From Callorhinchus milii (taxonomy: Eukaryota): 64,000 bases of DNA. The stretch is taken from positions 61,692,001 through 61,756,000 of the forward strand of contig NW_024704742.1 of the NCBI RefSeq assembly GCF_018977255.1, written 5' to 3'. A program made the position numbers and the translations under genes. Positions 12,262 to 25,515 of the stretch are shown here, in pieces; the first letter of the stretch is position 1, and every line of letters begins with the position of its first letter. The notes beneath the pieces were generated by a model, which saw only the letters and a program-made list of their open reading frames with translations, ran no database searches and was not told the origin of the DNA.

Positions 12262-13900
12262 AACAACAACAACAAATTACACTTGTATAGTGCCCTTCAC
12301 GTTGTAGAGATGTCCCAGGATGCTGGACAATCAGGAGTTTTGGACCTGAGCTGGGAGTTGGGGTCAGAAGGGGAGGAGGGCAGGGGGGTGGGGGTGGGAG
12401 GGTGGCCGAAGGCACAGTCGAAGAGGAAGTTTTCAGACGGGACTTGAAGGAGGCAAGTGAGGGGGTAAGGTAGAGGGATTGCGGGATAGAGTTCCAGAGT
12501 GTGGGGGCAGAGATGCTGAATGCCCAACCGTCAAGGATGGGGTGGGAAGTGCGGGAGACCTGATATCTCCGCTGGTGTCCGCTGAGCAGAGGGAGTGGAC
12601 AGGCTGATATGAGGTCGGAGGGGTGGGGGGGAGCAAGACCTTTGAGGGCCTTGAAGGTAAAAGCGAGTGTTTTATATTCAATTCTCTGAAGAATGGGGAG
12701 CCAGTGAAGCTGGGCAAGAACAGCAGTGATAGGTTCCCGGAGCCTGGTGTGGGAGAGGACACAGAGTTCTGAATAATCTGCAGTTTATGGCGGGAAGAGT
12801 TGGGAAGTCCAGTGAGCAGGCAGTTGGCGTAGTCAAGCCGGGACATAATGACAGCGTGGATCAGGGTCTCGGCGGCCTATGGTGTGAGGCAGTGGTGGAG
12901 GCAGACAATGTTGTGGAGGTGGGGAAATTGGAATGGATCACGAATGTGGGGTTTGAAGGATAACTGAGGGTCGAAAAGGACACTGAGGTTTCGGTGAGGT
13001 GAAGAGTCCAATCATAAATGGTGATAGTGTCAGTGGCTGAGGTGAGGAGGCGCTGCTGGGAGCCAAGCAGCAGGGCTTCTGTCTTGCTAACATTGAGCTG
13101 GAGGAAGTTGACTCTCGACCAGGACTTCATGGCAGACAGATAATTAGTTAGGACATCAACCCTCCTGGAGTTGAGGCGGCAAGATAGAGTTGGGTGTCAA
13201 CCGCATACATGTAGAAATTGACCCCATGTCTGCGGATGACATTGCCGAGTGGGAGCATGTATAGATTGAAGAACAGGGGATCGAGGACAGAGCCCTGAGA
13301 GACACCACATGTGACAGTGCGGGGGATAGAGTAGAAGCTGTTGATGGCCACGAAGTGCAGACACATAGGTAGGATTGGAACCAGGCAAAAACAGAACTAT
13401 TGAAATGGAGGTGAGAGGGGAAGCAGTGCAGAAGAATAGAGTGGTCAACAGTATCGAAAGTGGTCGACAGGTGGAGAAAGACGAGAAGACAGAGAGAACC
13501 CTGGTATCAGATGGACAGAATGTCATTTGTCACTTTGACCAGGGCTATGAGCAGCATGAAACCCAGATTGGAGGAGTTCATGGAGTGAATGCTGGGAGCG
13601 AGGCTGGGAACCGACGACGCATTCCATGACCTTTGATAGAAAATGAAGGATTGAAATGGGGCGGTAGTTGGAGAGAGAGTGATGATGGTTGCCTTTAGGG
13701 GGATGGGTACAGTGTCAGTGGACAGGGAGAGGTTAACAGGGTCTGTTAGTAGGAGGGCGAGGAGGTGGAGCTGGGAGGGCTAGGGATGGCATCAAGGGAG
13801 CAAGTGGTGGGTTTCATTGTTAAGATGATGGAGCTGAGGGAAAAGGTTGAGACAGGGTCGAAGATGTGAAGGGAGGAATGGGTGGGGGACGGGGGCGAGG
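12262..13900 (-). mobile_element. L2 LINE relic with RT domain remnants (intron 5 of copy A)
   Basis: ORFs 13148..13366 ([17 protein letters not shown]...YAVDTQLY), 12861..13130 (NFLQLNVSKTE) and 12433..12846 (SRLDYAN). (CAA)n tail at 12262. Confidence 0.92.
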
Positions 13901-14019
13901 GAAAGGTAGCAAACTATTTATTTTTTCTATAACAAAAATCTATTCCTTAATGTGTTAATGTGGGATTGAATAATACGATTCACAATATGGGTTTGGTTGA
14001 CGAAAGCCCTTTTGATCTC

Positions 14020-14265
14020 ATCCATCCAGAATATCTACCCTACCATCCTCCATCATAGCACCCCACTGTTTTATTTAATGAGTCCAGCATCATGGACTCA
14101 GTCACTTTTTCTGGTAACCTGTTCTTGTCATTAATTAGCCTGCGGGTACAGAAACACTTCCTAATGTCTGTCCTGAAATTGCCATTTGAAACTCTATATC
14201 TATGTACTCTTATTCTGCTATCATGATGCATTTGAAAGTATTGTTCTGAATTTACTTTCTCTATC
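14020..14265 (-). mobile_element. Degraded CR1 3' fragment
   Basis: ORF 14040..14315 (FRTDIRKCFCTRRLIN...LPEKV) resembles the CR1 ORF2 C-terminus. Confidence 0.65.
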
Positions 14266-14330
14266 CCATTTAAAATCCCCTCCCAAGACATGTCATTGTA
14301 ATAACAACCACTCATTGATATTCCTTTTAG

Positions 14331-14494
14331 GAAACTTCAAGGCTTTCAGGCTACGGTGTTCGGATCAACGTTATCTGTCCAGGTTTTGTTGATACTCCAC
14401 TTCTGGACTCTGTGAATCATGAAGAACAGATGGGAACATATTATAAGTTCAAGGACTCCATCAAAGAGATAATGGAACATTATGGATTAATTCA
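14331..14494 (+). CDS. HPGD: HPGD-like gene copy A, exon 6 equivalent (164 bp): ETSRLSGYGVRINVICPGFVDTPLLDSVNHEEQMGTYYKFKDSIKEIMEHYGLI(Q)
   Basis: Acceptor ccttttag| and donor |gtaagt. Frame continues from exon 5. GVRINVICPGFVDT matches human GVRLNAICPGFVNT. Confidence 0.95.
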
Positions 14495-15189
14495 GTAAGT
14501 TCTTCTGAGAGGAAGAAATCAAACATTCAGAGTTTAGTGGGAAGTAAATTGTACCTAACCAAAAGTTTACCCATCACTTTTGACTTAAAGAGATTTTATG
14601 CTATGTAATCTGTAACTGAGAAAACTAGATTGAGGACCAAGAGCAATACACAGGGCAATATACAACTGAAACTGAGATAAATGAAGAAGTAAAGGATAGG
14701 TCATAGAGCTTGAGTATTACAAGCTGATAGAATTGTAGGGCGAGGAAAATAATAAATAATAATAATAATACTTGTGCATTTGATATAGCACCTTATCACG
14801 TTGTCGAGATGTCTCAAAGTGCTTCACAGAATACACTGTAAAGTGTAGTGACTGTATTTTGTGGGTAAAAAGCAGCAGACAATTATGCAGAGCAGGCAGA
14901 CAACTGCACACAGCAGAGGATGGGAAAAGTGAGGGAACCAAAGAGTGAGGTAGTGCCACAATTTTTAGGCTCTGGATTCTGGAGTGGGATATAGTATGAT
15001 GACTTCTGATTGCAAAACAGTGAGGACACAGGAAGAAAGAAGAGGGTGTAGAATGGGAGGATGTTGCTAAGAATCTTCTAAAGGAACAGTGACCTCTGTG
15101 AACTCACTGAAGTACAGAAGCGCAATAAAGACTGTAAAATTCTTAGTAACACAGTATAATTTTCATGCAGGAGTAGACCATTTACAAAA

Positions 15190-15850
15190 ATAACAACTTG
15201 CATTTATATATCGCCATTCACACGGCAGTGTCACAGGGAGCTTAACAGTGATGGAGCCCAACACCAAGCCAGGAGGAAGGCAGCTGTGACCATAAGCATG
15301 GCCGAAGTGGAAGCTCTTTAATCCTGACCTAAAAAAGGGGGAAGGAAATGGCAAGGTGGAGGGATTGAAGGAAAGAATCCCAAAGGTTTGGTTCATAGTG
15401 GCTAAAAGCACAGTCAGAGATGGTGGAGTGGAGGGCACGAGAATGAGCAGAAGGCCAGAGCCAGCCAAGTGGAGTGGGTATTGGAGTGAGGAGAAAGCAG
15501 GTTGGAAAGTTGGGGAAGTGCCAGGGCATGAAGGGATTTGTAGACAATAATAATATAATGGCACCTTATATTTGATATAGCGAACGCTCTACCCACTCAG
15601 CTACAGGACTCCACAAGTGAGAAGATCTTGAAATCGATCTGTTCTGTGATAGGGAGCCAGTGGAGCGTAACGAGGACTGGTGTGAAAGCTGATGCAGAGT
15701 TTAGTGTGGGTGAATATACGGGCAGCAGAGTTTTGAATCAGTTGTAGTTTGTCGGTAGTGGAGCTGGGGATCTGGTGAAGAGGGCATTGGAATAGTCGAA
15801 GCATGAGGTGACAATGGCGTGAACGAGGGGCCTTTAGCCTCGGAGTGGAG
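15190..15850 (-). mobile_element. L2 3' fragment (type B) interrupted by a mini-SINE at 15546-15613
   Basis: KLQLIQNSAARIFTHT relic (ORF 15601..15870). Tail caacttgcatttatata. Confidence 0.8.
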
Positions 15851-16021
15851 TGGTCCATGAAGCCTGTCAATCCAGCAGACTACAACTGTTGTCCATTGTC
15901 CTCTAGCAGATTGAAACTTTCATCTGTTGTACTTTAACAGATGGAGCCTTGTCATCCGTTGATCTCTAGACTGATCCTGTTGCTCTTTACCAGTCTGAAA
16001 CTGTTGCCTGTTTTCTTTTGT

Positions 16022-16320
16022 TAACAATAACAAATTACATTTGTATAGCGCCTATCACATTGGGAGGATGTCCCAAGACACTGGATAGTCAGGGCTTTCG
16101 ACCGCAGCAAGAAGTTGGGATTGGGGAGCATGGAGGGCAGGGATAGTAGGAGGGTGACTGAAGTCCTGGTCAAAGAGTAGGGTCTTGAGACATGACTTGA
16201 AGGAGGCAAGGGAGGGAGCAAGGCGAAGGTACTGTGGGATGGAGTTCCAAAGGATACGGGCAGAGAGGTTGAAGATCCGACCACAGATGTTGCGGTGGAG
16301 CAGGCCAGCACCTGCTAGGA
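16022..16320 (-). mobile_element. L2 3' fragment (type A)
   Basis: [27 protein letters not shown] relic plus reverse tail. Confidence 0.85.
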
Positions 16321-19300
16321 GTGAACAGGTCAATATTGTGCAGAGGGAGCGTACAGGTTGTTATGACAGGTTGATAAGCAGAGCTTAAAGTCTTTAACAC
16401 TGAGCTGGTATGGAACCTTGATGTCTTGTTCAACCCCCAACCTACACCTAATTCTCACTAGAATTGCTTTCCTTGATTTCCACAACATCGCTTGCTTCAA
16501 CCACTACCTCTCGTCAAGGCTGCTGAAATCATCTTCGATCTTTTCACCACTTCAGGCTTGATTATTCTCATGCCCTGCTCTAATACTATCTTGGAGTTCC
16601 TCAGCCTTACCTCCTCCCTATCCACCTTAAAAACCCACTTGACGACCTATTTCATCAACCATGTTCTTTGTCCACCTTTCCCCTCCCCTCCCCAGCTCCC
16701 TGTCCACCAGTTCAGTTACATGAGGCACTTTGAGATATCCTCCCAACATGAGACATAAATGTAATCGCTATGTAAATATAAATTGTTGTTGTTGATTCTT
16801 GATGCACTGAAATCTTTCCTCTTAGTGAGCAAACATTTCACCAAAATTTAGATCATAAAATGAATCACACGATCACTGGCACTGGGCCCGCATTTCTCCT
16901 ACTATAGTTTTGACTCAGAAAACGTCAGTTTCTGTCTTGACAGACAGAGGGGAGAGTAGTGAACAGCACAGGAACAACTGTAGCTAGAGGCAACTGAAAT
17001 GAGGATAATTAATCTCACTAAATTAGCCCTGCGGATTGTTAAAAGCAGAAAAAATACCTAGAGAATGTGCAATAGATTGTGCTGAGTAAATCCAGAGCCT
17101 AACTTGGCCACGTGCTAACAAGTCCAGGCAGTAATAGTTAACTGTCTAACTGTCTCTATTAACACACATCTAGCACAGTATTTTAAGAGTGGTGATGACA
17201 ACATTGTTTTGAATCACAGATTGTAACTATACCAAGAATGTTTCATTGAAGAATCTAGGAATTGCCACAGCGGGAATTGAAGAAAATATTTTTTGGTTTC
17301 GGTTTCTCATTTGTGGCAGAGGGGTTAATTTGTCAGACACTTTCCTAAGATTACAAAAACAGCTGAAATTACAAAATTGTAATGGTATGAGATTACAATG
17401 ACATATGAGACAAAATTGTGAAACCAAATATATCTTTTGGTTTCACTTTCTCATTTGTGACAGAGATTAATTTATATAGTCCATAGTCCGTTTGTTGATT
17501 ACGGCAGCCAGTATTGAAGGGGCAGCGGTGTCCTGGTGATGTGACTTGGGTATTACACGAGAGAGTTGGTTATCCACACTCATTGCATCCAGCCCCTTGT
17601 GGAGAAGCTGGCATTCTGGATGACTGGACACCATGGGGATAATTGGCATGCAGATATCTGTATTTCAGCAATGTATTTCATCACATCAGCATCCCCACCT
17701 TGTGTTTCCAGTGCATTTGTTACTGTCCCTGTAGTTTCAATATTTCCAGCCAGAATGTTTAATTGAAGCAGGAATTTTTGGGATAGATTTTGTTCTCACT
17801 CCAGGAATGTTGCAGTCCAATACAATTTATAGTTATATAGTGCCTTTCATGTCAGGAGAATATCTCAAAGTGGTTTACACAGCTGGCTGGGCACCTGAGC
17901 AAGGGGGCAGGGGATTTGAAGAAACAGGGAAAGATGATTGAAAGCATAGTCAAAGAGGTATTCTTGAGGCAGCTTTGAAAACAGGGTGCGAGTTGGAAGG
18001 ACTCTGAAATGAAGCTCCAGAGAACAGGGACAGAATGACTGAAAGTTTGACCACTGAAGGTGGAGCGGATAGGAAGCAGGCTGGCGTTTGCTGAATGAAG
18101 GGAGCTGCTGTGTCAGCAGAGTTTCAGGAGGTCACAGAAATAGGATTGGGCTGTAAGGAAATGCCTTCCTCAAAACTGCAACTGTGGTCCTTTAAGAAAT
18201 GATTTCTGTGCCCCTACGTCAAGAGCTACTTGATAATGCCGGGCCATAGATCTTTATTTGCAGAAAAAAATGCATAAACATTTTGAAAAGCTTCAGTCAG
18301 CGTTCAGCACGCAGGATTAACAAAAGCAGAAGTTCTGCAGTTATTTTGGAGTCAGTGAAGATTGCTTTTTTTCCATTCAGATAGTTTCCGTGAGAGAATG
18401 TTGATCTAAAGACTTCCCCATTTACCCAAACAGGAAGATATAAGACAACGTTAACAAAAACCTGCCACAACTCAGTATTACGTGTTTTATTAAAAACCCA
18501 ATCAGCCGTATAATGGAGCGCCATATGGGTAGTCAGCTCTCCTGCAATGGGACATCACTGAGCACATAACTGGTGACGTCACTGTGCACACAGGAAGAAC
18601 ACTCGCTGGCTTTTCTTGCTTAAAACAGGAGGAGTTCTAGATTATCGAGTCACCATGATGTCATTTCCTGCATGCTGCCCCCGCCATCGTGATGAAATGC
18701 AATATAACAGAGCTCATAATAATAATAATCGTTGCATTTGATATAGCCCCTTATCACGTCTTTGTGACGTCTCATAGAGCTTCACAGAATATACTGTAAA
18801 GTGAATTGACTATTTTGTGGGCGAAACGGGTTATATGACCAACCCCCTCAACGTGTTATGTCTTAAATCAATCCACTTTACATCCGCTTCTGTGAAGCGC
18901 TTTGAAACGTCTCAACAACCTGATAAGGCGCTATATAAAATGCAAGGATATTTATTATTAAAAATATGTTTTTGTAGTTAATGTTCAAATTAATCAATGC
19001 TGTCATATTGGTGCACAAAATGCAGGACAGAGAAAGGCAGCAGTTTAGTTAGGACAAAGGGATCACAGATCACTCCTTATTCGGTGAGAGGAATGTTAAC
19101 CTTTAGATCGCTGATGCATTTGCAGTCTAAAGGTTCCAGTGTCTCAGAGTCAGCTCAGGAACTGAACCTGCAAAAAATATTACCATAACTGTAATGAATC
19201 TACTCCCAAACCAGGGTCCTTGCAACACTACCATTAATCCAACGTAATAAATACAAACAAAATCATATTTCTAACCAATAAAAAGCATTTAAGAAACAAT

Positions 19301-20126
19301 TTGTGTTCATTTTGTTACACAGTAAGCTTCAAAGCAGACCATTGGTCCATGTAGCCCACCTATCCACCCAGATTCTCAAAAGCTTCTTATGACATATCTA
19401 TCTTATATTCTAATAAAACTGAATATACAATACAAATTTACATTTCACTTGTGCATTTCACATTGGGAGGATGTCTCAATGCTCTTAACAATGCTGGCTA
19501 GGCAACCAAGCTAGAAGTGGGAGCTAAGGGTTGGGGGAAGCCTTGGCCAAAAGGTATTCTTTGAGATACGCCTTGAACGATGGGAGGCAGGGAGTCAAAC
19601 TTGGGGAGAGAGGGTGCGAAGGAGGGGAGAAAGGGTGAGAATGCTTTTAAAATGTCTGGTATTTTATGTCATGGCCTAAAAGATCATTGTACACATGCGC
19701 ATTAAGTCTCCTGACTCACAATACACAACCTAACCCGCTGACCCATTTATAGTTCCTTGTTCTACCACCCTTACTAGTATCTTGCATGCATCCGTCTCCC
19801 AATTATGAAGGAAATTCTTCTGCGCTTCATGTTTGCTTTGGTTATCGTTATTTTAAAGCAGCCCCATCATAACACATAGTGTGTGTGTGGTGGGGTGGGA
19901 GGGGGGCAGGTATGGTCCATATAAGTGTCCATGGGAAATAATATATATAGAAATAATTAAAACCAAAGAGGGTTTTGGAGAATCATCTCTTATATTTGAC
20001 CATGTTGATTGATGTTGGCTGGCCTTTGCCACCGCTGCTTCTTATTTAATATCTGAATGCTTAAAAATAAGTTCTTTGAACTTGGATGAAACTATCCTTG
20101 AAGATAATGACTTTTGTGTGCTGCAG

Positions 20127-20265
20127 ACCATCACTAATCAGTCAGGGATTGAAGAGAATACTTGAAGAAGAAGATATGAACGGAGCAGTGATGAAGATAA
20201 CGGTGTCGCAGGGGATCCACTTTGAAAAATATGAAAATAGGCTTTTCCAGCCAGAAGAAAAGTAA
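20127..20265 (+). CDS. HPGD: HPGD-like gene copy A, terminal coding exon 7 (139 bp to TAA): (Q)PSLISQGLKRILEEEDMNGAVMKITVSQGIHFEKYENRLFQPEEK*
   Basis: Acceptor ctgcag|, phase 2 matching exon 6. NGAVMKIT...GIHF matches human NGAIMKIT...GIHF. Stop TAA at 20263-20265. Confidence 0.95.
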
Positions 20266-21690
20266 CAAGCCTTGCATTCGTTCCTGCCTTACCTCTGCGG
20301 ACTTTGTTTTCAGTGATTTGAAACTCTGCAGTATGATTGTTCAGAGCAGTTTGTTTCTTGCATTCCTCTTGTCTTTTTTGTGTTTGTGCCACTTTGCTCC
20401 TGTCCTCATGGGTGAGATCATTCATTGTTACACTGCAGAAACTTGTAATTTGGCCCATCAAGTTTACGCTGGTGTTTTTCTCCATCAAATCGATCCCCGT
20501 TCTCTTGCTTGCTGGTCTGTCCTTTGACATTCCTCTTTTTTTCCCATGAATCTGCCTGATTCCCTTTTAAAATAATTTATGGACTGCTTCAATCATGTTT
20601 TGTGGCAGAAAATTCCACGTAGTGGTATTTCTGATCTTGCACCTGGTTTCAGCCTGTAAGACTGTTGTTTTCAGGTTTGAAGTGGTTCAGAACTGTGGAA
20701 AATTCTTATATCCAGTCGCAATTTAGAAGCAGTTTTTTTGTAAAAATTCCAAATAAAGATTTTGAGAAAACTTGAACTGCCAGGTCTTTTAGAATGGAAT
20801 TACTGTCAGTGATTTTAACTGTATGGGGGACTCCCATTCATTCATAGCCTCAAGAACTGATTTTGTTTAACTTTATGTTTACTTTGAGAATATCCCTATC
20901 CAGTATCTGGCAACGAAGCGTAAATCCATGGCCCCATCTCTTGATCCACATACGTGTCACCAGCACCTCTCCAGAAACCAAGGGACCATATGCATGAGGC
21001 GGGACATGAGTACGATCAAAGCTTTCTGACTTTGCTGGAGGTGGTGATGGGGGAGGTTATAGAACTACTGCTGCTGATAGACCAGCAAGCCTGGCTCGTC
21101 TGCAGGACTTGGAGTGTCAGAATAGTCATCTGGGGCAGGAATTCTTCCTTCTCAGCCCCTATTAACCCTTCAAGCCAAACTCCTTATGAGTACGATGGTC
21201 TGGTCAGGAAGCTTACCAGACACTATTCACAATGGCAAGCTACGGAATTTTAGAAAATTAAACTCCAGCAGTAACCTGACACACACTCTGTATTCCCCAG
21301 ACCTCCTGCCTCAGAACCCATCGTGTGTGCTAGAGTGCATTTACCAATATCATGAGCCAAGAATTTAAATACTATGTATAGATATCGCAAACCATAGTTT
21401 ACCTATTAAACTACAAGTAAAAGAATATTTGTTAACCAGGAAATTATTAACAATAGTTAGTGTATTCTCATGTGTACATTTCCGATTATTTTCAAAGTAT
21501 TTTTAGCCAAATTGTTTTACTGCTAATAGACTGTAATATCTCATTTCTTTGTTGATGCCAAAACAATACCCCGTGTATCGTTTTAGAATAGCGTACGACT
21601 TTTGCAATGATTTAAATTGTATTTTTTAAGCAATTCATACAAATCTTATAATGCAATCATCCGCTGAATAAAAAATGTATGGGGAAACAT
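20266..21690 (+). other. Probable 3' UTR of copy A, with candidate poly(A) signals AATAAA at 20752-20757 and 21667-21672
   Basis: Repeat-poor, largely AT-rich sequence after the stop codon with two canonical hexamers. The cleavage site cannot be determined from sequence alone. Confidence 0.45.
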
Positions 21691-22329
21691 TACACTATCT
21701 TTGCATCATTTTAGAGCAAGCAGAATTTGGTGCAAAATGAAGCCTTATTTCAAACCTCGTTTTCTGTAAGTTTTTTTTAAGAATTGTAATTCTTTTCTGT
21801 TTCTACAAAAGTAACTATCCTTCTGGTTTGCCTGGCAAATGAATAATGGATTCAAGTCAATCCCCTCTAACAACTTCAACCACTAAAGGATTCTCTCTAG
21901 TGTAACATTCGTTGCTATTGTCTTATCTGTTCTTGAGCACTGAAGTCCATTCAGAGCTGAAGTTTGGAGACAAACCAAATCCTCCAGTATTTCTCTGTCT
22001 CACCACCCTGGAGTTTCATGTAAACAAGAATGTAGTTTAAAATCAAGTCTCCACTGTCGAAGAGTCTGTTTTGAATCAGAGTTAAGAGGTTTTTATTACA
22101 CTTAGTCTCTATACTGTGCCCTTAAAGTTAAAACAACTATGAGTTGAAATTACTGGAGCAGAGTGAATAAGGATTCTAAGAACACCCTTTCACACTTTAG
22201 GTGGACAGAAACTCCTCACTATCTGTCCAAGACGTGCTGTCTGTTGATTTAATGCCAGGCATAGTATAATGATAATGAAAATCATTATGTAATTATATAA
22301 TTTGTAAAAGAATGTTTCAATACAAAACG

Positions 22330-23020
22330 TTGCTAATTGTGGGGTTGTGCACTTCGGATGAAATGTAGAAGTTGTGAGTATGTCCCAAATGGTGAAATAC
22401 AAGGAGGGCAAATCAGCAAAAAGATCTAGGGATTCAAGTTCATAAGACCATTAAAAATCTAATTCACAGGTCCAGAAAACAGTCAGTAAAGCAGATGTGA
22501 TGCTGGCATTTATTACAACAGGCTTGGAATATAAATGTAAATAAGTGCTTCTCCATTTCTATAAAGTGCTGGTCAGACCTCAGTTGGAATATTCAGTTGG
22601 TTGAGGGTACCTAATCTTTGGATGGATAACCAAGTCTTGGAGACTGTCCAACAAATCAACAAATTACATTTGTATAGCGCCTTTCACATTGAGAGGACGT
22701 CCCAAGGTGCTGGACAGTCAAGTGTCAGTTCACTACATTAATAACTCTTATGAAAAATCATAGCTATCATGAGAGACCGGGGTTATATTCTTTACTGTAA
22801 AGGAGGAAAAGAGGTGATTTGAATGAGGTATTTAAAGTAGTGAAAAGAACTACTGTAATAGGTTTATATAGTGGACAATTCTTCCACATGAGAGAAGGAG
22901 CCATTACAGGGAGACTTAGCCTTAAAATTGGAGCTAAGATAGTTAGAACTAAAGTCAGGAATCCTTTCTTCACACAGAGGAATGTAAAGATGTGGAATAG
23001 GTTTATAACTAGAGTAAACA
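22330..23020 (+). mobile_element. Old degraded CR1 fragment with a nested short L2 tail (about 22655-22722)
   Basis: ataaagtgctggtcagacctcagttggaatat (KVLVRPQLEY) and RNPFFTQRNVKMWN relics. Confidence 0.7.
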
Positions 23021-24439
23021 TGACTAATTCTGAGGAAGCAAACTTGTTATTGCCACATAAGACAGATGCAGTAGTTTTCCTTGTTTCTAAGGTTTAACTG
23101 CTATTCTTACTTTAGCATCAGGAGTTATTGAGATTGGTAGAGATTGGTACCCCATGAAAGACATCTAAAGTCAAAATAAAACTGTAGCAACCGGTTGTTC
23201 TTAAAGAGAAAATACTACTGATTAAAAGTGACTGACACTTGTTTTTGTACAGGATTGGAGAAAACTATATTAAAATAGCAGCCTATAGCAAAGTATACTT
23301 TGTCCTCTGAGTGAAAAGATTCCTTCCACCCTCCCCATTAACTCTTCCAGTGACAACCCTGAGTTTCTGTCCCCTTATTCTATAAAGTGGAAAAAGGGAT
23401 AAGGCACTAATTGGGCAAAATTCCATCTGGTTTAGACATTTCCTTAGCATTTCAGAGCATCCAGGATTAGGCAAATTCTTGAATTCAGTCTTTAATTTGA
23501 AGCTATATTTCCTTAGTTTTTAATACCATTTAATCAAATCTGGACACTGTAAACACTGGTGTGAATTGGTAATTATAATGTAGTAGGGATCACAGAGACA
23601 TGACTAAATCAGGAGAATGAAATACTGAGAAAATAGTCTTTCCAGACCCAGGTAGAATTTCTACCTTCATATCTTGACATTAGTTCAATATCTGAGCTGT
23701 GAGCACCAGAATTGTACTTTGTAGTTGGAAATGTTGAAGTTCAGCTCAGAATTTTAAGGATGGAATAAAATTGCATCGTGATTGTCCTATTGATAGTGGG
23801 TTTGTAAATTAAAAAATTTATCGTTTGACAAATGCCAGTCTGACTCTCTATCTGTTTGTCTACAAAATTCACAGCCACTGCAAGATTCATTAAATCCTGT
23901 GAAGTGCTTTGAGCCGTATCAATGATTATATCAAATGCAAAGATTATTATTATCAATCTACTCCCTCATAAATTTGCTGTCTGTGAATTATTAATATTTT
24001 AGAGATTAATATGTTTTAGATTGTGAAATTATAATGATGGAAAAAAATTGATTTGTTGTAAATCAACTTATAAACACTGAACAAAAAATATTGGTAATAA
24101 ATTAAAATTGTCATTGGAATTACTGAAATATTGATATACGTGTTTAATTTTCCTACAGAATTTCTACATAGTAGAAATTTACAAAGTAGCAATTCTATGA
24201 AGCGCTTCGAGATGTCTCAGTGACACGATAAGGTGATATTTCAAAGCTATAAGGATTATTCTTATGAAATTTCACTCACTTTTAATGAGTTTTTTCTCTG
24301 ATGTGCTTCTGTGCATGTGTGAAACACTTTGTTTGAAAAAAAGAAAGCTCAGAGGAAAAGAAGCAAATTCGTAGACCCAAAATGTTTGAATACCACAGAG
24401 AGACTAGATAAGTGTGGAATCTCCAAACTTACCTACCTT

Positions 24440-25515
24440 TCACACCTTCTCCACTTTGTCTCCACAAACAGCTTCTCATCCAGCCCCCGCACAGTCTTGT
24501 GCACTGTTCCTCAGAGCTCTGTCCTTGGTCCTCTCCAACTTTACATGCTTGGTAACATCATCCACAGACATGGGGTCAACTTCCACATGTAAGCGGATGA
24601 CATCCAACTTTATCTCCCTGCCTCCACCCTCAACTCCAGGACCACTGATGATCTAACAGAATGTCTGTCAGACATCTAGTCCTGGATGAAAGATAACTTT
24701 CTCAAATTGAATGTCAACAAGACCAAGGCCATCCTGATTGGTTCCCCTCAGCGCCTCCACACTTCAGGGGCTGACAGCATCATCACCATCCAAGAATGCA
24801 CACTCCACCTCACTGAGCCAGTCCTGAACCTTGGCATCTTGTTTGACCCTCAACTATCTTTTCTGCCCCACATCTGTGTCATGACACACTCTGCCTTCCC
24901 GCACCTCCGCAACATTGCCCGGCTCCGCCACTGCCTCTCCCATCATGCCACTGAAACCCTCATCCACACATTTATTACATCAGGCTCGACTACACCAACT
25001 CCCTTGCTTGTCGGCACTTCCCAACTCTTCCCTCCAGAAGCTGCAGATCATCCAGAACTCTGCAACGTATCCTCTCCCGCACTAGGCTCTGGGACCCTAT
25101 CACCTTCATCCTCGCCCGGGCTCCACTGGCTTTCCATCACACGCCTTCAAGTCCCTCCGCGGCCTTGCTCCTTCCTACCTTTGTGACCTGGGTAACGCCT
25201 TATAAACCTGTCCGCTCCCTCCACTCAGTGGGTCCAGCCTGCTCCATGTCCCCAGTCTGGCCTGCCCCACCATTGGCAGTCGGGCCTTCAGCCTCTTTGC
25301 CCCCACCCTTTGGAACTCCATCCCACATTCCCTTTGCCTTGAACCCTCCTTTGCCTCCTTCAATGCACGTCTCTGGACCTTTCTCTTCGACTGCGTCTTT
25401 GCCCACCTTCCTACCCCTACCCAAACCCCAGCTCGGGTCCAAATCCCTGACTGTCCAGCGCCTTGGGACATTCTCTCAACATGAAAGGTGCATTGAAAAT
25501 ATAATTCGTTGTTGA
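24440..25515 (+). mobile_element. L2 LINE relic
   Basis: VPQSSVLGP, gcggatgacatccaactttat (ADDIQLY), NFLKLNVNKT and NLGILFDPQLSF motifs. L2 tail at about 25480-25515. Confidence 0.92.

Noticed and set aside
20138..20549. ORFs 20138..20530(-), 20222..20527(+) and 20337..20549(+)
   Set aside because: They are antisense to or out of frame with exon 7 and the 3' UTR, with no recognisable domain.
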